Shown: positions 46,142-56,991, numbered from the stretch's first letter. The stretch: DNA of 64,000 nt from an uncultured Sporobacter sp. (GCA_963675425.1 OY776214.1:2316978-2380977), one strand, 5' to 3'. Notes: generated by a model from the letters alone, not told the origin. Made by a program: numbers and translations.

Positions 46142-46690
46142 CACAGTACAAGGAATATTAGCGATTAGAATGTTATTTTGTGTTCGCCCGTGTTCGCTGG
46201 TTCTTGCTGGTTTCTCAGCTTTTAATTGGTAAAAAATCTACAAAAAACGAAAAACGACAACAGGACACCTCCCAGTGCCCTGTAAAAGTGTGTTTGTTAT
46301 CCACATTTCAGAGTGATTTTGCAGATTGCCGTCCGCATTTGTGCCTTAAAATGCCGGGAGTGCCTCAATTTGTTTTGAGACACTCCCTTTTTTATATAAC
46401 ATTGATTATGATAGTTGGCTGGTGGGTTACAAGGTGCGGATAAAACCATTCCGGCTATTGTCTGTCTGCTTGTTCTTGTGGCCATGCTTGGAGTAGCCTA
46501 GTCGCACTCAAGCTCCGCTCAGCGAACGCATATAACTTAAAACAATGGTGACGCCACTTGAAAAACGGTGCCAGCTTGATTATTTCTCTGGTGTTTTACG
46601 ATTGGGGATTCTTTCTCGTGTCCGTTTACTCTAGGGCAGTACACATTACAGATGCTATAACTTTTGGTGTGTTTCCATTACGTGGACTTT

Positions 46691-47749
46691 TCATAACGGC
46701 TTATTGTCCGGCAAAATAACGGGACTTGGGCAGCTTTCTCTATAAGTAAGAATGCATTCGTGTTTTTTTACGTTGCCCTTTCCAATGGCGCCTCTCATCG
46801 ATTGGTCTATCATCTGGATACAGTCATAACCCATATCGCTGGTGGGTGGGCAGATGCTAGTAATTGTCGGAGTTATAATCTCGCATGCAGTGTTGTTGCC
46901 ATAGGAAATTATGAATATATCGCCTGGTATCGAGCAACCATGATCTGTACAGCACTTAACGAAACCGGCCAGCATTGAATCTCCGGATACAAATACGCCG
47001 AAGGGCTCTTTGGCACTTTTTATGATCCTTTGCGCGGCGGCGTACCCGCCGTTGAAGTTATTCTCTTCATAAATAGTGTATATGTTTTCATACGGAAGCC
47101 CTGCTTTCACGCACGTATCATAAAATCCGGCATACCTAATACCTGGGTTTTTATGCATGATAAGAGGATTGATACAAGCCATTGAGACCGGAGAATTATT
47201 AAGCAGGCATTTTGCGGCTCTTTGACCAACAGAGTAATTGTCGATATATACCGCATTATAGTTGCCGGTGTCATTATTGAAAAGGACGATGGGCATCTCG
47301 GTATTTACCGACTTAAGAAAATCTTCATCTTCTTCGGAAAGACCTGTAACGACAATCCCCTGATAGATCCCAAGAGAAATTATTTGACTCATTGAAGACA
47401 GCGTGCCGGTCTCGTAAGGATGGATGGCGAACTCAAAGCCGGGTACACATTCGTTTTTATATCGCATTAATCCTTCAAAAAATTCTTTTAGCGGGCCATG
47501 GTCGAAGAAAGCTTCCCAGAATATACATACAATTGGATTCTCGACAGCATTACCCATGGCGAGCTTCTTTGCGTAGACATTAGTCCTGTATTTTAGTTCT
47601 TTAGCCACAGAGAGAACTTTCGCCTGTGTATTTTTTGATATTCTGTACTTGTTTCCATTATTGTTGAGGATGATGGAGACGGTGCTGGGCGATACGCCAG
47701 CTGCTACGGCTACATCTTTTATTGTGATGACTTTATTTTTTTTTGCCAT
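46691..47749 (-). CDS. LacI-family transcriptional regulator
   Basis: TIKDVAVAAGVSPSTVSIILN HTH, IDNYSVG, GYGNN-like ISYGNN, PTITSI. Confidence 0.95.
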   Translation of the reverse strand: MAKKNKVITIKDVAVAAGVSPSTVSIILNNNGNKYRISKNTQAKVLSVAKELKYRTNVYAKKLAMGNAVENPIVCIFWEAFFDHGPLKEFFEGLMRYKNECVPGFEFAIHPYETGTLSSMSQIISLGIYQGIVVTGLSEEDEDFLKSVNTEMPIVLFNNDTGNYNAVYIDNYSVGQRAAKCLLNNSPVSMACINPLIMHKNPGIRYAGFYDTCVKAGLPYENIYTIYEENNFNGGYAAAQRIIKSAKEPFGVFVSGDSMLAGFVKCCTDHGCSIPGDIFIISYGNNTACEIITPTITSICPPTSDMGYDCIQMIDQSMRGAIGKGNVKKHECILTYRESCPSPVILPDNKPL

Positions 47750-47862
47750 AACTCAGACATCCCCTTTGCAGAAATACTAAAACAATTATACATCAATTGC
47801 CATTACTTTCAAATAATATTACCGGAGTTGAATTTGTCCACCCGCGGTAGTGGCAATGGCGA

Positions 47863-47880
47863 TTGCTAAACTTTTAGCAA
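47863..47880. promoter_or_regulatory. LacI-type operator 1
   Basis: TTGCTAAA-CT-TTTAGCAA palindrome in the lacI/ABC divergent intergenic region. Confidence 0.65.
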
Positions 47881-48041
47881 TATTTTAGCATTATATCGGT
47901 CGTTTGTCAAAGTGAAATGCTTAAATATATTGAAATAATAAACAAAATATTATTTAAGATAATGTTATTATAAACGAAATTGTCAAATATTTAAAATTTA
48001 CCCTTGAAATATCCGCAGTTTTAATTTAACATTTGCTTAAT

Positions 48042-48059
48042 TGCAAAATCGTTTTAGCA
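48042..48059. promoter_or_regulatory. LacI-type operator 2
   Basis: TGCAAAATCGTTTTAGCA, with central CG, related to operator 1. Confidence 0.6.
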
Positions 48060-48111
48060 TCATTTGAAAGTGTGTAGGACCTCACTTTGAACGCCGAAGG
48101 GAAATGAGGAT

Positions 48112-49044
48112 ATGGGTAAATTCATTTTAAGGCGGTTGCTCTGGATAATCCCAGTCATAATCGCAGTATCAATCTTTGTCTTCACAATCATGTATTTCAC
48201 GCCGGGTGATCCAGCGATGATCATTCTTGGCCCAAATGCATCCGAGGAGATGTACGAAGCACAACGAGCTGAGTTGGGTATTGACGAGCCATACATAGTG
48301 CAGCTTGGGGTTTTTTTGAAAGATGTGTTTTTAAAGGGAGACCTGGGAAATTCCTTTAAAACGGATCAAGAAGTCTCCAAACAAGTAATAATGCGCCTTC
48401 CGTACACACTTAAGCTGGCTCTGGGCAGTGTGCTGTTGTCTGTATTGATAGGAATACCAATGGGTGTCTATGCAGCAACCCATCAGGCAAGCTGGAAGGA
48501 CAACCTCTCAATGTTTGGGGCACTCTTCTGCCTTTCTATGCCGGACTTTTGGTTTGCCCTACTGCTGGTAATGTTGTTTTCACTTAAGCTCGGATGGCTG
48601 CCGTCAATCGGAGCGGACGGCTTTATATACTATATATTGCCCTGTTTTGCACTGGCTCTCGGTGGTGCCGCTTCAATAGCCAGGCAAACACGATCAAGTA
48701 TGTTGGAGGTTATCCGCCAGGATTATATTGTAACGGCCAGATCAAAAGGACAGAAGGAACGCGTAGTTATTTATCGTCATGCCCTCAAAAATGCGCTCAT
48801 CCCTATTATAACAGTCGCCGGCATGCAGACCGCCAAAATGTTTGGAGGCGCGATCGTAGCGGAAGTAATTTTCTCGATACCTGGCGTTGGTTCCTATATG
48901 CTGACAGCTATCAATAACCGTGACTATCCGGCGGTACGTGGGGGCGTTCTCATCATTGCCGTATGCTTTTGCTTAATCATGTTGATTGTCGATATCATAT
49001 ATGCCGTCGTAGATCCCAGAATCCGCGAGCAATACGAATCATGA
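48112..49044 (+). CDS. Peptide/nickel-type ABC permease (DppB-like)
   Basis: TPGDPA, GDLGNSF, TARSKG..HALKNA, IPGVG. Confidence 0.95.
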   Translation: MGKFILRRLLWIIPVIIAVSIFVFTIMYFTPGDPAMIILGPNASEEMYEAQRAELGIDEPYIVQLGVFLKDVFLKGDLGNSFKTDQEVSKQVIMRLPYTLKLALGSVLLSVLIGIPMGVYAATHQASWKDNLSMFGALFCLSMPDFWFALLLVMLFSLKLGWLPSIGADGFIYYILPCFALALGGAASIARQTRSSMLEVIRQDYIVTARSKGQKERVVIYRHALKNALIPIITVAGMQTAKMFGGAIVAEVIFSIPGVGSYMLTAINNRDYPAVRGGVLIIAVCFCLIMLIVDIIYAVVDPRIREQYES

Positions 49045-49057
49045 AGAAGGTGCGCTA

Positions 49058-49948
49058 ATGGACAACATAATGAACGAATCCGCGAAGGCCTCAAAATCCC
49101 CCAAAAACAAATCCCGCTCTGCCACGGTATTCCGCCAATTGAAAAAGAACAAGCTTGCTATGGCGGGTATGGTTATCATAATCTGCCTTATAATCCTCGC
49201 TGTCATTGCCCCCTTTATCACGCCTTACGAATATGATTATCAGGATCTTAACGCCGTCCTGGTTTCGCATTCTAAGGACCACCTTCTTGGAACCGATAGT
49301 CTCGGAAGGGATATCCTCAGCAGGCTTATATACGGCGCGCGCGTTTCACTCTCGATGGGCTTGATGATCGTTGTCATCGGTGCGGTTATCGGAATAATTC
49401 TGGGTAGTATATCTGGATTTTATGGTGGGAGGACCGACAACTACATTATGCGTTTTCTTGACATATACCAGTCGATACCCAGCGTCCTGCTTGCCATAGC
49501 GCTGGCCACCGCAATGGGTCCGGGTATTAAGAGTGCGGTCATCGCACTGGGAGTAGCGTCCTTTCCTAAATATGCAAGACTAATAAGAGCCGCCATACTA
49601 CAAGTCAGAGGGCTGGAGTATGTCGAAGCCTCGCGTGTTATCGGCGCAAGCGATTTCCGAATTCTGCTGACGCATATTATTCCCAATGCGTTTTCCCCAA
49701 TGATCGTCTTTATTACGATGTATGTCGGAACAAGCATACTGGTTGCAGCATCGCTCAGCTTCATAGGCCTTGGCGCTGAGGCGCCGCTGCCGGAATGGGG
49801 CGCAATGCTTTCCGGCGGCAGATCTCTGATGCGCGATTATCCAACGCTGGTCCTCTACCCGGGGATCATGATAATGATAACTGTGCTGGCGTTTAACGTG
49901 TTCGGAGATGGGCTCAGAGATGCGCTGGATCCGAGACTGAATGACTAA
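49058..49948 (+). CDS. Peptide/nickel-type ABC permease (DppC-like)
   Basis: LGTDSLGRDILSRL, EYVEASRVIGA, LSFIGLG, PEWGAML. Confidence 0.95.
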   Translation: MDNIMNESAKASKSPKNKSRSATVFRQLKKNKLAMAGMVIIICLIILAVIAPFITPYEYDYQDLNAVLVSHSKDHLLGTDSLGRDILSRLIYGARVSLSMGLMIVVIGAVIGIILGSISGFYGGRTDNYIMRFLDIYQSIPSVLLAIALATAMGPGIKSAVIALGVASFPKYARLIRAAILQVRGLEYVEASRVIGASDFRILLTHIIPNAFSPMIVFITMYVGTSILVAASLSFIGLGAEAPLPEWGAMLSGGRSLMRDYPTLVLYPGIMIMITVLAFNVFGDGLRDALDPRLND

Positions 49949-49959
49949 GGAGAAGAATC

Positions 49960-50982
49960 ATGGCTGAAAAAAAGGGGAAGACCATCGATGCAGAGCGGCT
50001 TGTCGAACATGCTGAGACATTACTGACGGTTAATGATCTGGTCGTCAAATACATAACCAGTCTCAATACAATAAATGCCGTAAACAGCGTTAGCTTTTCC
50101 ATTAACAAAGGGGAAACGCTTGGTTTGGTTGGCGAAACTGGCGCAGGAAAAACCACAATAGCAAAGGCAATTATGCGCATACTCCCGGAACCGCCATCAA
50201 AAATCTGTGGTGGAGAGATAAGACTTAACGGTGAAGAGATTCTTACAGCTAAACCGATTCGTATTAGGGCCATTCGAGGCGATAAGATTTCCATGATATT
50301 TCAGGATCCGATGACATCGCTAAACCCAATTGAGAAGGTTGGTAATCAGATTGCTGAATCTATCAAACTCCATTCCAGTTTTTTGAAAAAGGAAGTCGTA
50401 GAGCGTGGAATGCAGATGCTTGAGAAGGTCGGGATTCCCCGTGAGCGTTATTACGATTATCCAAACCAATTTTCCGGTGGTATGAAGCAGCGTGTTGTAA
50501 TAGCTATGGCACTGGCCTGCAACCCGGAGCTTCTGATTGCGGACGAACCGACAACGGCTCTTGATGTCACGATTCAGGCCCAGGTGCTAGAGATGATGAA
50601 CAACCTTAAAACCGAGCTGGGAACGTCTATGATTTTGATAACCCATGATCTGGGGATAGTGGCCGAGACATGTGATAATGTAGCCATTGTTTACGCGGGT
50701 GAAATAGTTGAATACGGAACAGCAGAGGAAATCTTCGACCATACAGCACATCCATATACAATCGGACTATTCAATTCAATTCCTGGAGCCAATAAAAAAG
50801 CGCGGCGCCTGAACCCTATTAAAGGTCTTATGCCTGATCCCTCAAACCTGCCATCTGGATGCAAATTCCACGAAAGGTGTCCATATGCCACAAAGCGCTG
50901 TTCTCATGATATTCCTGATTACAGATACCGTTCAGACACACATTACACGAGATGTTTTGTTGAAGGAGACATGAAACGGTGA
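49960..50982 (+). CDS. ABC ATP-binding protein (DppD-like)
   Basis: [17 protein letters not shown]-terminal CKFHERCP...C. Confidence 0.95.
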   Translation: MAEKKGKTIDAERLVEHAETLLTVNDLVVKYITSLNTINAVNSVSFSINKGETLGLVGETGAGKTTIAKAIMRILPEPPSKICGGEIRLNGEEILTAKPIRIRAIRGDKISMIFQDPMTSLNPIEKVGNQIAESIKLHSSFLKKEVVERGMQMLEKVGIPRERYYDYPNQFSGGMKQRVVIAMALACNPELLIADEPTTALDVTIQAQVLEMMNNLKTELGTSMILITHDLGIVAETCDNVAIVYAGEIVEYGTAEEIFDHTAHPYTIGLFNSIPGANKKARRLNPIKGLMPDPSNLPSGCKFHERCPYATKRCSHDIPDYRYRSDTHYTRCFVEGDMKR

Positions 50983-51935
50983 ATTCAATGATTGAAGTCA
51001 AGAACCTGAAAAAATACTTTAAAACGTCACATGGAATGCTGCATGCCGTCGATGATGTGAGCTTTACAATAAAACCCGGTAGGACATTCGGACTTGTCGG
51101 CGAGTCCGGATGCGGTAAATCCACTCTGGGGAGGCTCCTGGTCCACCTCACGGAGAGTACCGGCGGGCAAATAATGTTCAACGGCAGGGATATTACCCAT
51201 CTGAAAAAGACGGAGTTAAAGGAATACAGAAGTCACGCGCAGATTATTTTCCAGGATCCATACGCATCCCTAGATCCGCGGAAGACGGTCAGGCAAACAA
51301 TTGCCGAGCCGCTCGTCATAAGACGAGAGCTTTCCAGACAGGAAATATATGATAAAGGCAACGAGCTTATGGAATTGGTCGGGCTTGCAGAACGTTTTGC
51401 TGAGGCCTATCCCCACGAGCTCGACGGCGGTCGCAGGCAGCGTATCGGCATAGCAAGGGCGCTGGCCCTTGAACCACAGTTTATTGTCTGTGATGAGCCT
51501 GTCTCTGCTCTGGACGTATCCATTCAGGCCCAGATAATCAATCTGCTGCAGGATCTACAGGAACAACTGGGGCTGGCCTATATATTCATAACCCACGATC
51601 TTTCGGTTGTTGAACATATTTCCGATGAAATTGCGGTTATGTATCTCGGACAGATTGTTGAGAAGTCCTCCACCGAGGCGCTTTTTGAAAACCCACTGCA
51701 CCCGTACACTAAAATTCTGCTATCGGCCATACCGGTACCCGATGTCCACTTTACTCAAAAACGCATCATTGCAAAAGGCGAGATAACCTCACCCATCAAC
51801 CCTGCCCCCGGCTGCCGATTTGCTGCCAGGTGCCATTATGCAACTGAGGAATGTAAAAAGCCGCAGGCGCTGGAGGAAATTAGAAGTGATCATTTTGTTT
51901 CTTGCTGCAGAGTAAAAGAAATAAATGGTTTATGA
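50979..51935 (+). CDS. ABC ATP-binding protein (DppF-like)
   Basis: GESGCGKST, LDGGRRQR, CRFAARC. Confidence 0.95.
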   Translation: MNSMIEVKNLKKYFKTSHGMLHAVDDVSFTIKPGRTFGLVGESGCGKSTLGRLLVHLTESTGGQIMFNGRDITHLKKTELKEYRSHAQIIFQDPYASLDPRKTVRQTIAEPLVIRRELSRQEIYDKGNELMELVGLAERFAEAYPHELDGGRRQRIGIARALALEPQFIVCDEPVSALDVSIQAQIINLLQDLQEQLGLAYIFITHDLSVVEHISDEIAVMYLGQIVEKSSTEALFENPLHPYTKILLSAIPVPDVHFTQKRIIAKGEITSPINPAPGCRFAARCHYATEECKKPQALEEIRSDHFVSCCRVKEINGL

Positions 51936-51959
51936 AAATAATATGAAAGGAAGAAAGAA

Positions 51960-53564
51960 ATGAAGAAATGTATTGTTGTCCTGCTTTGCTTGGTTTTAAT
52001 GTTCTCCTTTGTAGCTTGCACTTCTACTCCAAACAGCAATTCCCAAGAGACCGTATCTTCAGGAGACGCGTCGTCGGGTGACACGTCGTCAGATAACGGA
52101 GCTTCTCAGCCCGCTGAAGCGATAGATTCTATAGTTGTAGCCTATCCCACAGACCCTGGAAACCTGAGCCCCTTCGGAACCAGTAATTCCTTTACAGACT
52201 TTATTGTATACAATATATACGAACCCCTGTTTAAACTCGAGGATGCCACCGGTGAGATCGTCCCGGTCATTATGGAAAGCTATGACTTGAGCGATGATGG
52301 TTTAATCTACACCTTCCACCTCAATAAAGGTGTTAAGGACATCAACGGAAACGAGATCACAGCCCAGGATTGTCTTTTCAGTTTCCTTCTTTGCAAAGAC
52401 AGCCCGATGGGAAGCAATACGAATATGATCGACTTTGACAAAACGGAAGTCGTTGACGACTATACCTTCAAACTGGTTACAACGAGCACCGGGAAAATAT
52501 ATATGTCACAAATCGCCAAGATCTATATTATCAGTGAGAAATCATATACCGAGAGCCCCGATCAGTTTGTCACAACACCCGTCGGAACAGGCCCCTACAA
52601 GCTGGATGAGTGGGTGCAGGGATCTTCTGTCAAGCTTGTCGCAAACGATAACTACTGGAATGACAATAAACCCACAGTTCAAAATTTAGAGTTTAAAATT
52701 ATAGGTGAGCCGTCCCAGCGTACAAACACGCTTATGACCGGCGAGTGTAACTTCGTATATGATTATCTCATCAGCGACGCCGATTACATAAACGGCACAG
52801 ACGGTTTGAAAACCGAGGACCGCAACACAAATACCGTATATGCCATTTTCTTCAATTGTGCTGAAGGCAAAGCCGGTTACGATATCAACTTCAGAAAAGC
52901 TGTCTGTCTCGCCCTTAATAACGAAGGCCTGACAAACATGATTTATCAAGGACACAATACGCCGGCAACTACCTGTGAATCCAACTCCTGCTCGGATTAT
53001 ACTCAGGAATGGGAAGGCTGCGAGTTCTATAAATATGACGTCGAGGCCGCCAAGGAGTACCTTGCGCAGTCAAACTATGACGGCTCACCACTTGTGCTTG
53101 TTACCAAAAGCAATGTAAATAACTTTCAGATGCTGTGCGAAGCCGTACAAAATCAGCTTAAGCAAATTGGCGTAACTGTAGAAATCCAGCAGTATGAAGC
53201 GGCGACGCTGAGGACTATTATCATAGAGCAGCCTGAAGATTGGGATATGCAGATATCGGATCACAGCACATTCTCAAACTACGGTGTAGACTCCATTCAT
53301 AACATGCATGTAAGACGTAACTATCCCCACATTGAGGGTGAATTATTTGATTTATTCACTGAGTACTGCGAAAAGGCTATCTCCAGCACCAACGAACAGG
53401 AGTGTTTGGAGTATGCTGCAAAAGCGGTCCAGCTCAATCAGGACAACTGTACTATTCGCGGGATTTGCTATGCAACTATGAAAATTGCCTATGCAGATTA
53501 CATCTCCAATATTAACACCTATACCACCAACAAAATTGACTGGCGTGAGGTAACCATCGGGTAA
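51960..53564 (+). CDS. Family-5 ABC substrate-binding lipoprotein
   Basis: Lipobox FVAC, IYEPLF, DGLIYTFHL, PVGTGPYK. Confidence 0.92.
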   Translation: MKKCIVVLLCLVLMFSFVACTSTPNSNSQETVSSGDASSGDTSSDNGASQPAEAIDSIVVAYPTDPGNLSPFGTSNSFTDFIVYNIYEPLFKLEDATGEIVPVIMESYDLSDDGLIYTFHLNKGVKDINGNEITAQDCLFSFLLCKDSPMGSNTNMIDFDKTEVVDDYTFKLVTTSTGKIYMSQIAKIYIISEKSYTESPDQFVTTPVGTGPYKLDEWVQGSSVKLVANDNYWNDNKPTVQNLEFKIIGEPSQRTNTLMTGECNFVYDYLISDADYINGTDGLKTEDRNTNTVYAIFFNCAEGKAGYDINFRKAVCLALNNEGLTNMIYQGHNTPATTCESNSCSDYTQEWEGCEFYKYDVEAAKEYLAQSNYDGSPLVLVTKSNVNNFQMLCEAVQNQLKQIGVTVEIQQYEAATLRTIIIEQPEDWDMQISDHSTFSNYGVDSIHNMHVRRNYPHIEGELFDLFTEYCEKAISSTNEQECLEYAAKAVQLNQDNCTIRGICYATMKIAYADYISNINTYTTNKIDWREVTIG

Positions 53565-53596
53565 GCGCGTTGCAATAAAACCGAGGCGTCTATGGA

Positions 53597-53626
53597 GAGG
53601 GGCTGCCTAAAAACAGCCCCTTTTGT
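53597..53626 (+). terminator. Hairpin or terminator after the SBP gene
   Basis: aggggctg-cctaaaaa-cagcccct-tttgtt. Confidence 0.55.
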
Positions 53627-53655
53627 TATTAAGCTATCATTTAGGAGAAATAGCA

Positions 53656-56010
53656 ATGAATAATGATGAAATGTTAGAAACTACGCCTGTTACAGCGAGT
53701 GCCACAACAAAGGGCTTTGGTGGGGATGTGACCGTTACCCTGACAGTACTTGAGGACAGGATCACAGATTGCCTGATTCGCGGAGACGATGAAACCCCGG
53801 ATACCGGCGGCCGTGCAATAAGGACAATGCAGACAAGGGTTATTGAGGCCGGAATTGCAAAAGTGGACGGGGTCAGCGGTGCGACCTCTACCTCCAGAGC
53901 GGTTTTAAGAGCCGCTGCTAAAGCCTATAATGAAGCGACTGGCCGCGAAGCGGGAGAAGTGAAAATGATGCCCGGCGAATACACAGCCGCTGAAACGGGG
54001 TACTGGGGTATATGGAAGCTGCCTGTAACTATTACGGTAAATGAAAAGGCTTTGCTGAAAATTGAAGTGCCAAGTGACCGCTTTGCCCACGGAGAAACAG
54101 AGGTGATTTTGCAAAGCGTTAAGGATAAGCTGTTTCCACGCATAATCGAAACCCAATCTCTCAATGTGGATGCAATAGCAGGCGCGACAGTATCAAGTAA
54201 TGCCGCCAAGCAGGCTATTGAGTCCGCGCTTAAAGAAGCGCTTGCAGAAGGGGAGTCGGAGGAATCCGCGATTGAGCATTTTTATAAACCGCTGTATAAG
54301 ACTGAAACAGATATGATAGAGGAGATTGATACAGATCTTCTCGTTGTTGGGATGAGTACAGGCGGTATTCTGGGACTGTACAGCGCGATGGAGACGATGA
54401 AGAGCCTCAACGGGAATAAGCGCGTCAGTATCCTTGCTATCGATAAGGCTGGAAAGTATGGAGGGAGGTCTGCGCTTGTTCATGAAATGGCCGCTGTCAA
54501 TCCTCGGGAATACCAGAACGCCGTTAATAATGGCGAGGATTTTGTTGATTCGGCAAGATTTTTGAAGGAATGGCTTGATTATACGACAAACAATGGCGTT
54601 CAAAGCGCTAAGGAAGAGTTGATTAGACTGTTCTTCGAGGAATCCGGGAAGACAATCGATCTGATGTACAAGCTGGGCTGGTTGTTCGGTACTGCTAAAA
54701 AATCTGACATGACCGACGGTTACACGGCTTTCAACACCGCGCTGACTTCCAATGTGGATATCGGCACATATGAAGACCGCCGCAATATTCTCGACACTTA
54801 TTATAAATATCTTTTAGCCGCTGTGGTGGCGCAGGGTGGCAATTATATGCTTGAAACCGAGGGTTATGATTTTGTAATGGACGAAGACCGGGTTAAAGGC
54901 GTGAAAGCCCGGAATATCGTTACCGGCAAAGAATATTTAATTAACGCCAAAGCCGTGATTATGTCAACAGGCGGTTTCGGTGGTAATGACAAGATGTTAA
55001 CTGAACTTATTGATCCCCGCTGGGCAGGCCCACGGAAAAAGCTCGGAACAGGAATGGACGATGGCAAGATGTTTAAGGCGGCTCTTGAATCCGGCGCTGG
55101 AACATGGAATATAAATATGTCGCCGCTTGTCATGCATTTTAGCCTGCCACATACATTAACGCGTTTTCCAATCATGCTTCAGGAAGGTACTTTGAACGGG
55201 AGAACCGGGCGCAGTACATCTTGGACGCTTAACGACTTGCCTCTCGGTTTAGGTATCTCAGCCGACACGATATACGTCAACAAAGACGGCACGCGCTTTT
55301 GCGACGAGTCGCGTGTAGGACAATTCGCGACTGACCCCACTATGGATTCATGGCTCGGTTCATTGGCTGGACAGTATTACTATGCCATTTATTCAAAAGA
55401 CCAGCTGGATGTCATAGCGAAAGAAGGCCTGAATAATGTATCACGTTGGGAAGGTTATTGCAGTCAGGGCGGCGTCCCAAAAGACCTCCCCATTCCGGTG
55501 GTATATGAGTGCCTTGATGTCTGTGTGGAAGAAGGGATGGCGTGGAAAGGCGACACTCTTCATGAGCTGGAAAAGCAGATGGAGATGGAACGGGACTCAT
55601 TGGTCAAAGCAGTAAACACCTATAATAACTTCTGCGCTACCGGCAATGATGAGCAATTTGGTAAGGCTTCAAAGTATCTGGCTGGCGTAGGTTCAGGCCC
55701 TTATTATGCTATCAAGATCATGTGTGTCATCTTTGCTACTTCCGGCGGTTTGGATGTCGATACTCAGATTCGCGTTCTAAAGTCGGATCACAAAACCCCA
55801 ATTTGCGGTCTTTACGCGATTGGAAATGATTCTCTCGGCGTGCTTCTCAATGGGGATCGTAATTACATTGGTTTCGGCGGTATTGCCCAGGGGTGGCTTG
55901 CTACATCAGGCCGCCTGGCAGGCATGAACGCAACAAAGTATATCAATGAAGCGTATGGACTTGCGGACGTCAGTCCAGCACTTGTGAACCTCGATTCAAT
56001 GATATCATAA
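53656..56010 (+). CDS. Flavoenzyme with two N-terminal FMN-binding domains and an FAD-binding (flavocytochrome c/SdhA-like) domain
   Basis: VDGVSGATSTS and VDAIAGATVSS flavinylation-type motifs; KAVIMSTGGFG, GPYYAI, TSGGLDVD, GLYAIGND; no signal peptide; start Met12 (AGGAG RBS). Confidence 0.88.
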   Translation: MNNDEMLETTPVTASATTKGFGGDVTVTLTVLEDRITDCLIRGDDETPDTGGRAIRTMQTRVIEAGIAKVDGVSGATSTSRAVLRAAAKAYNEATGREAGEVKMMPGEYTAAETGYWGIWKLPVTITVNEKALLKIEVPSDRFAHGETEVILQSVKDKLFPRIIETQSLNVDAIAGATVSSNAAKQAIESALKEALAEGESEESAIEHFYKPLYKTETDMIEEIDTDLLVVGMSTGGILGLYSAMETMKSLNGNKRVSILAIDKAGKYGGRSALVHEMAAVNPREYQNAVNNGEDFVDSARFLKEWLDYTTNNGVQSAKEELIRLFFEESGKTIDLMYKLGWLFGTAKKSDMTDGYTAFNTALTSNVDIGTYEDRRNILDTYYKYLLAAVVAQGGNYMLETEGYDFVMDEDRVKGVKARNIVTGKEYLINAKAVIMSTGGFGGNDKMLTELIDPRWAGPRKKLGTGMDDGKMFKAALESGAGTWNINMSPLVMHFSLPHTLTRFPIMLQEGTLNGRTGRSTSWTLNDLPLGLGISADTIYVNKDGTRFCDESRVGQFATDPTMDSWLGSLAGQYYYAIYSKDQLDVIAKEGLNNVSRWEGYCSQGGVPKDLPIPVVYECLDVCVEEGMAWKGDTLHELEKQMEMERDSLVKAVNTYNNFCATGNDEQFGKASKYLAGVGSGPYYAIKIMCVIFATSGGLDVDTQIRVLKSDHKTPICGLYAIGNDSLGVLLNGDRNYIGFGGIAQGWLATSGRLAGMNATKYINEAYGLADVSPALVNLDSMIS

Positions 56011-56051
56011 GATGCATTTTGAAATAATTATGGACACATGGAGAACAAAAT

Positions 56052-56984
56052 GTGGATATACATACCGTAAAATGCTCATTTTTCAACACCGAGAACACCA
56101 TCACCGCCGCTTGTGATCCGCCGCTGTTGGAACGGGTGATAGCAATGTGTAATTTCTATGACCGTCTGCTCAGCAAGACCGCTCCGGGAAGCGACGTGTG
56201 GAGACTCAACCAGGCGCACGATGTCCCGGTTGAGGTGAGCGAGCACACTATCAAAATCCTGAAGCTGGCGATGGAGATGTATGAGGTTTCCGGAGGGCGG
56301 TTTAATATCGCGATAGGTTCCGTTATGGCGCTTTGGAACTTTAATGGCGGGAACGAAGACCTCCCGCCTTCAGCGGCATTGGATGAAGCGCTGGGTATTA
56401 TGGACTGTAAAAAGATTAGGCTATCAGGACGTTTTGTTCGTGTTCCGGACGGAATGCAAATCGACTTAGGCGGTATTGCCAAAGGGTACATTGCCGATAG
56501 AATCGCAGAGGAGTTGCGCAAAAACGGTGTAGAGAGCGCCCTCGTTAACCTCGGCGGGAATATTATTACAATAGGTAAAAAGCCGGATGGAACGCCGTGG
56601 AGAGTCGGCTTACAGGTTCCGTTTACTGAACGGAGTTATCGGGACAGCTTCTGGTCGGCTGTAGATTGTACCGACGCATCCATTGTGACAAGCGGCTCTT
56701 ATGAGCGTGGATTTTCCAAAGGCAATCGCTGGTATCACCATATAATCAATCCAGAAACAGGGATGCCGGTTGATAATGACGTCCTGTCGGTCACAGTCTG
56801 CGCGACGTCGAGTTTTCTGGCAGATGCTCTGTCCACACCATTATTTATGCTCGGTAAGCGTGAGGGAATGGATTTGGCTGAACGCTATGGTGTTGACGTC
56901 GCGTATTATCTTCGGGATAACCGCGTGATTGTCAGCAGCGGCATGGAAAAGAGGTTGCGTGTTCAGGTAAACATTGAGAAATGA
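56052..56984 (+). CDS. apbE: FAD:protein FMN transferase
   Basis: IDLGGIAKGY, VTSGSYER, YHHIINPETG, ADALST; no signal peptide or lipobox. Confidence 0.93.
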   Translation: MDIHTVKCSFFNTENTITAACDPPLLERVIAMCNFYDRLLSKTAPGSDVWRLNQAHDVPVEVSEHTIKILKLAMEMYEVSGGRFNIAIGSVMALWNFNGGNEDLPPSAALDEALGIMDCKKIRLSGRFVRVPDGMQIDLGGIAKGYIADRIAEELRKNGVESALVNLGGNIITIGKKPDGTPWRVGLQVPFTERSYRDSFWSAVDCTDASIVTSGSYERGFSKGNRWYHHIINPETGMPVDNDVLSVTVCATSSFLADALSTPLFMLGKREGMDLAERYGVDVAYYLRDNRVIVSSGMEKRLRVQVNIEK

Positions 56985-56991
56985 AAGGAAT

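Noticed and set aside
46180-46485. Small ORFs 46180..46443 and 46297..46485 as genes
   Set aside because: No RBS or motif support; the region looks like decayed mobile DNA.
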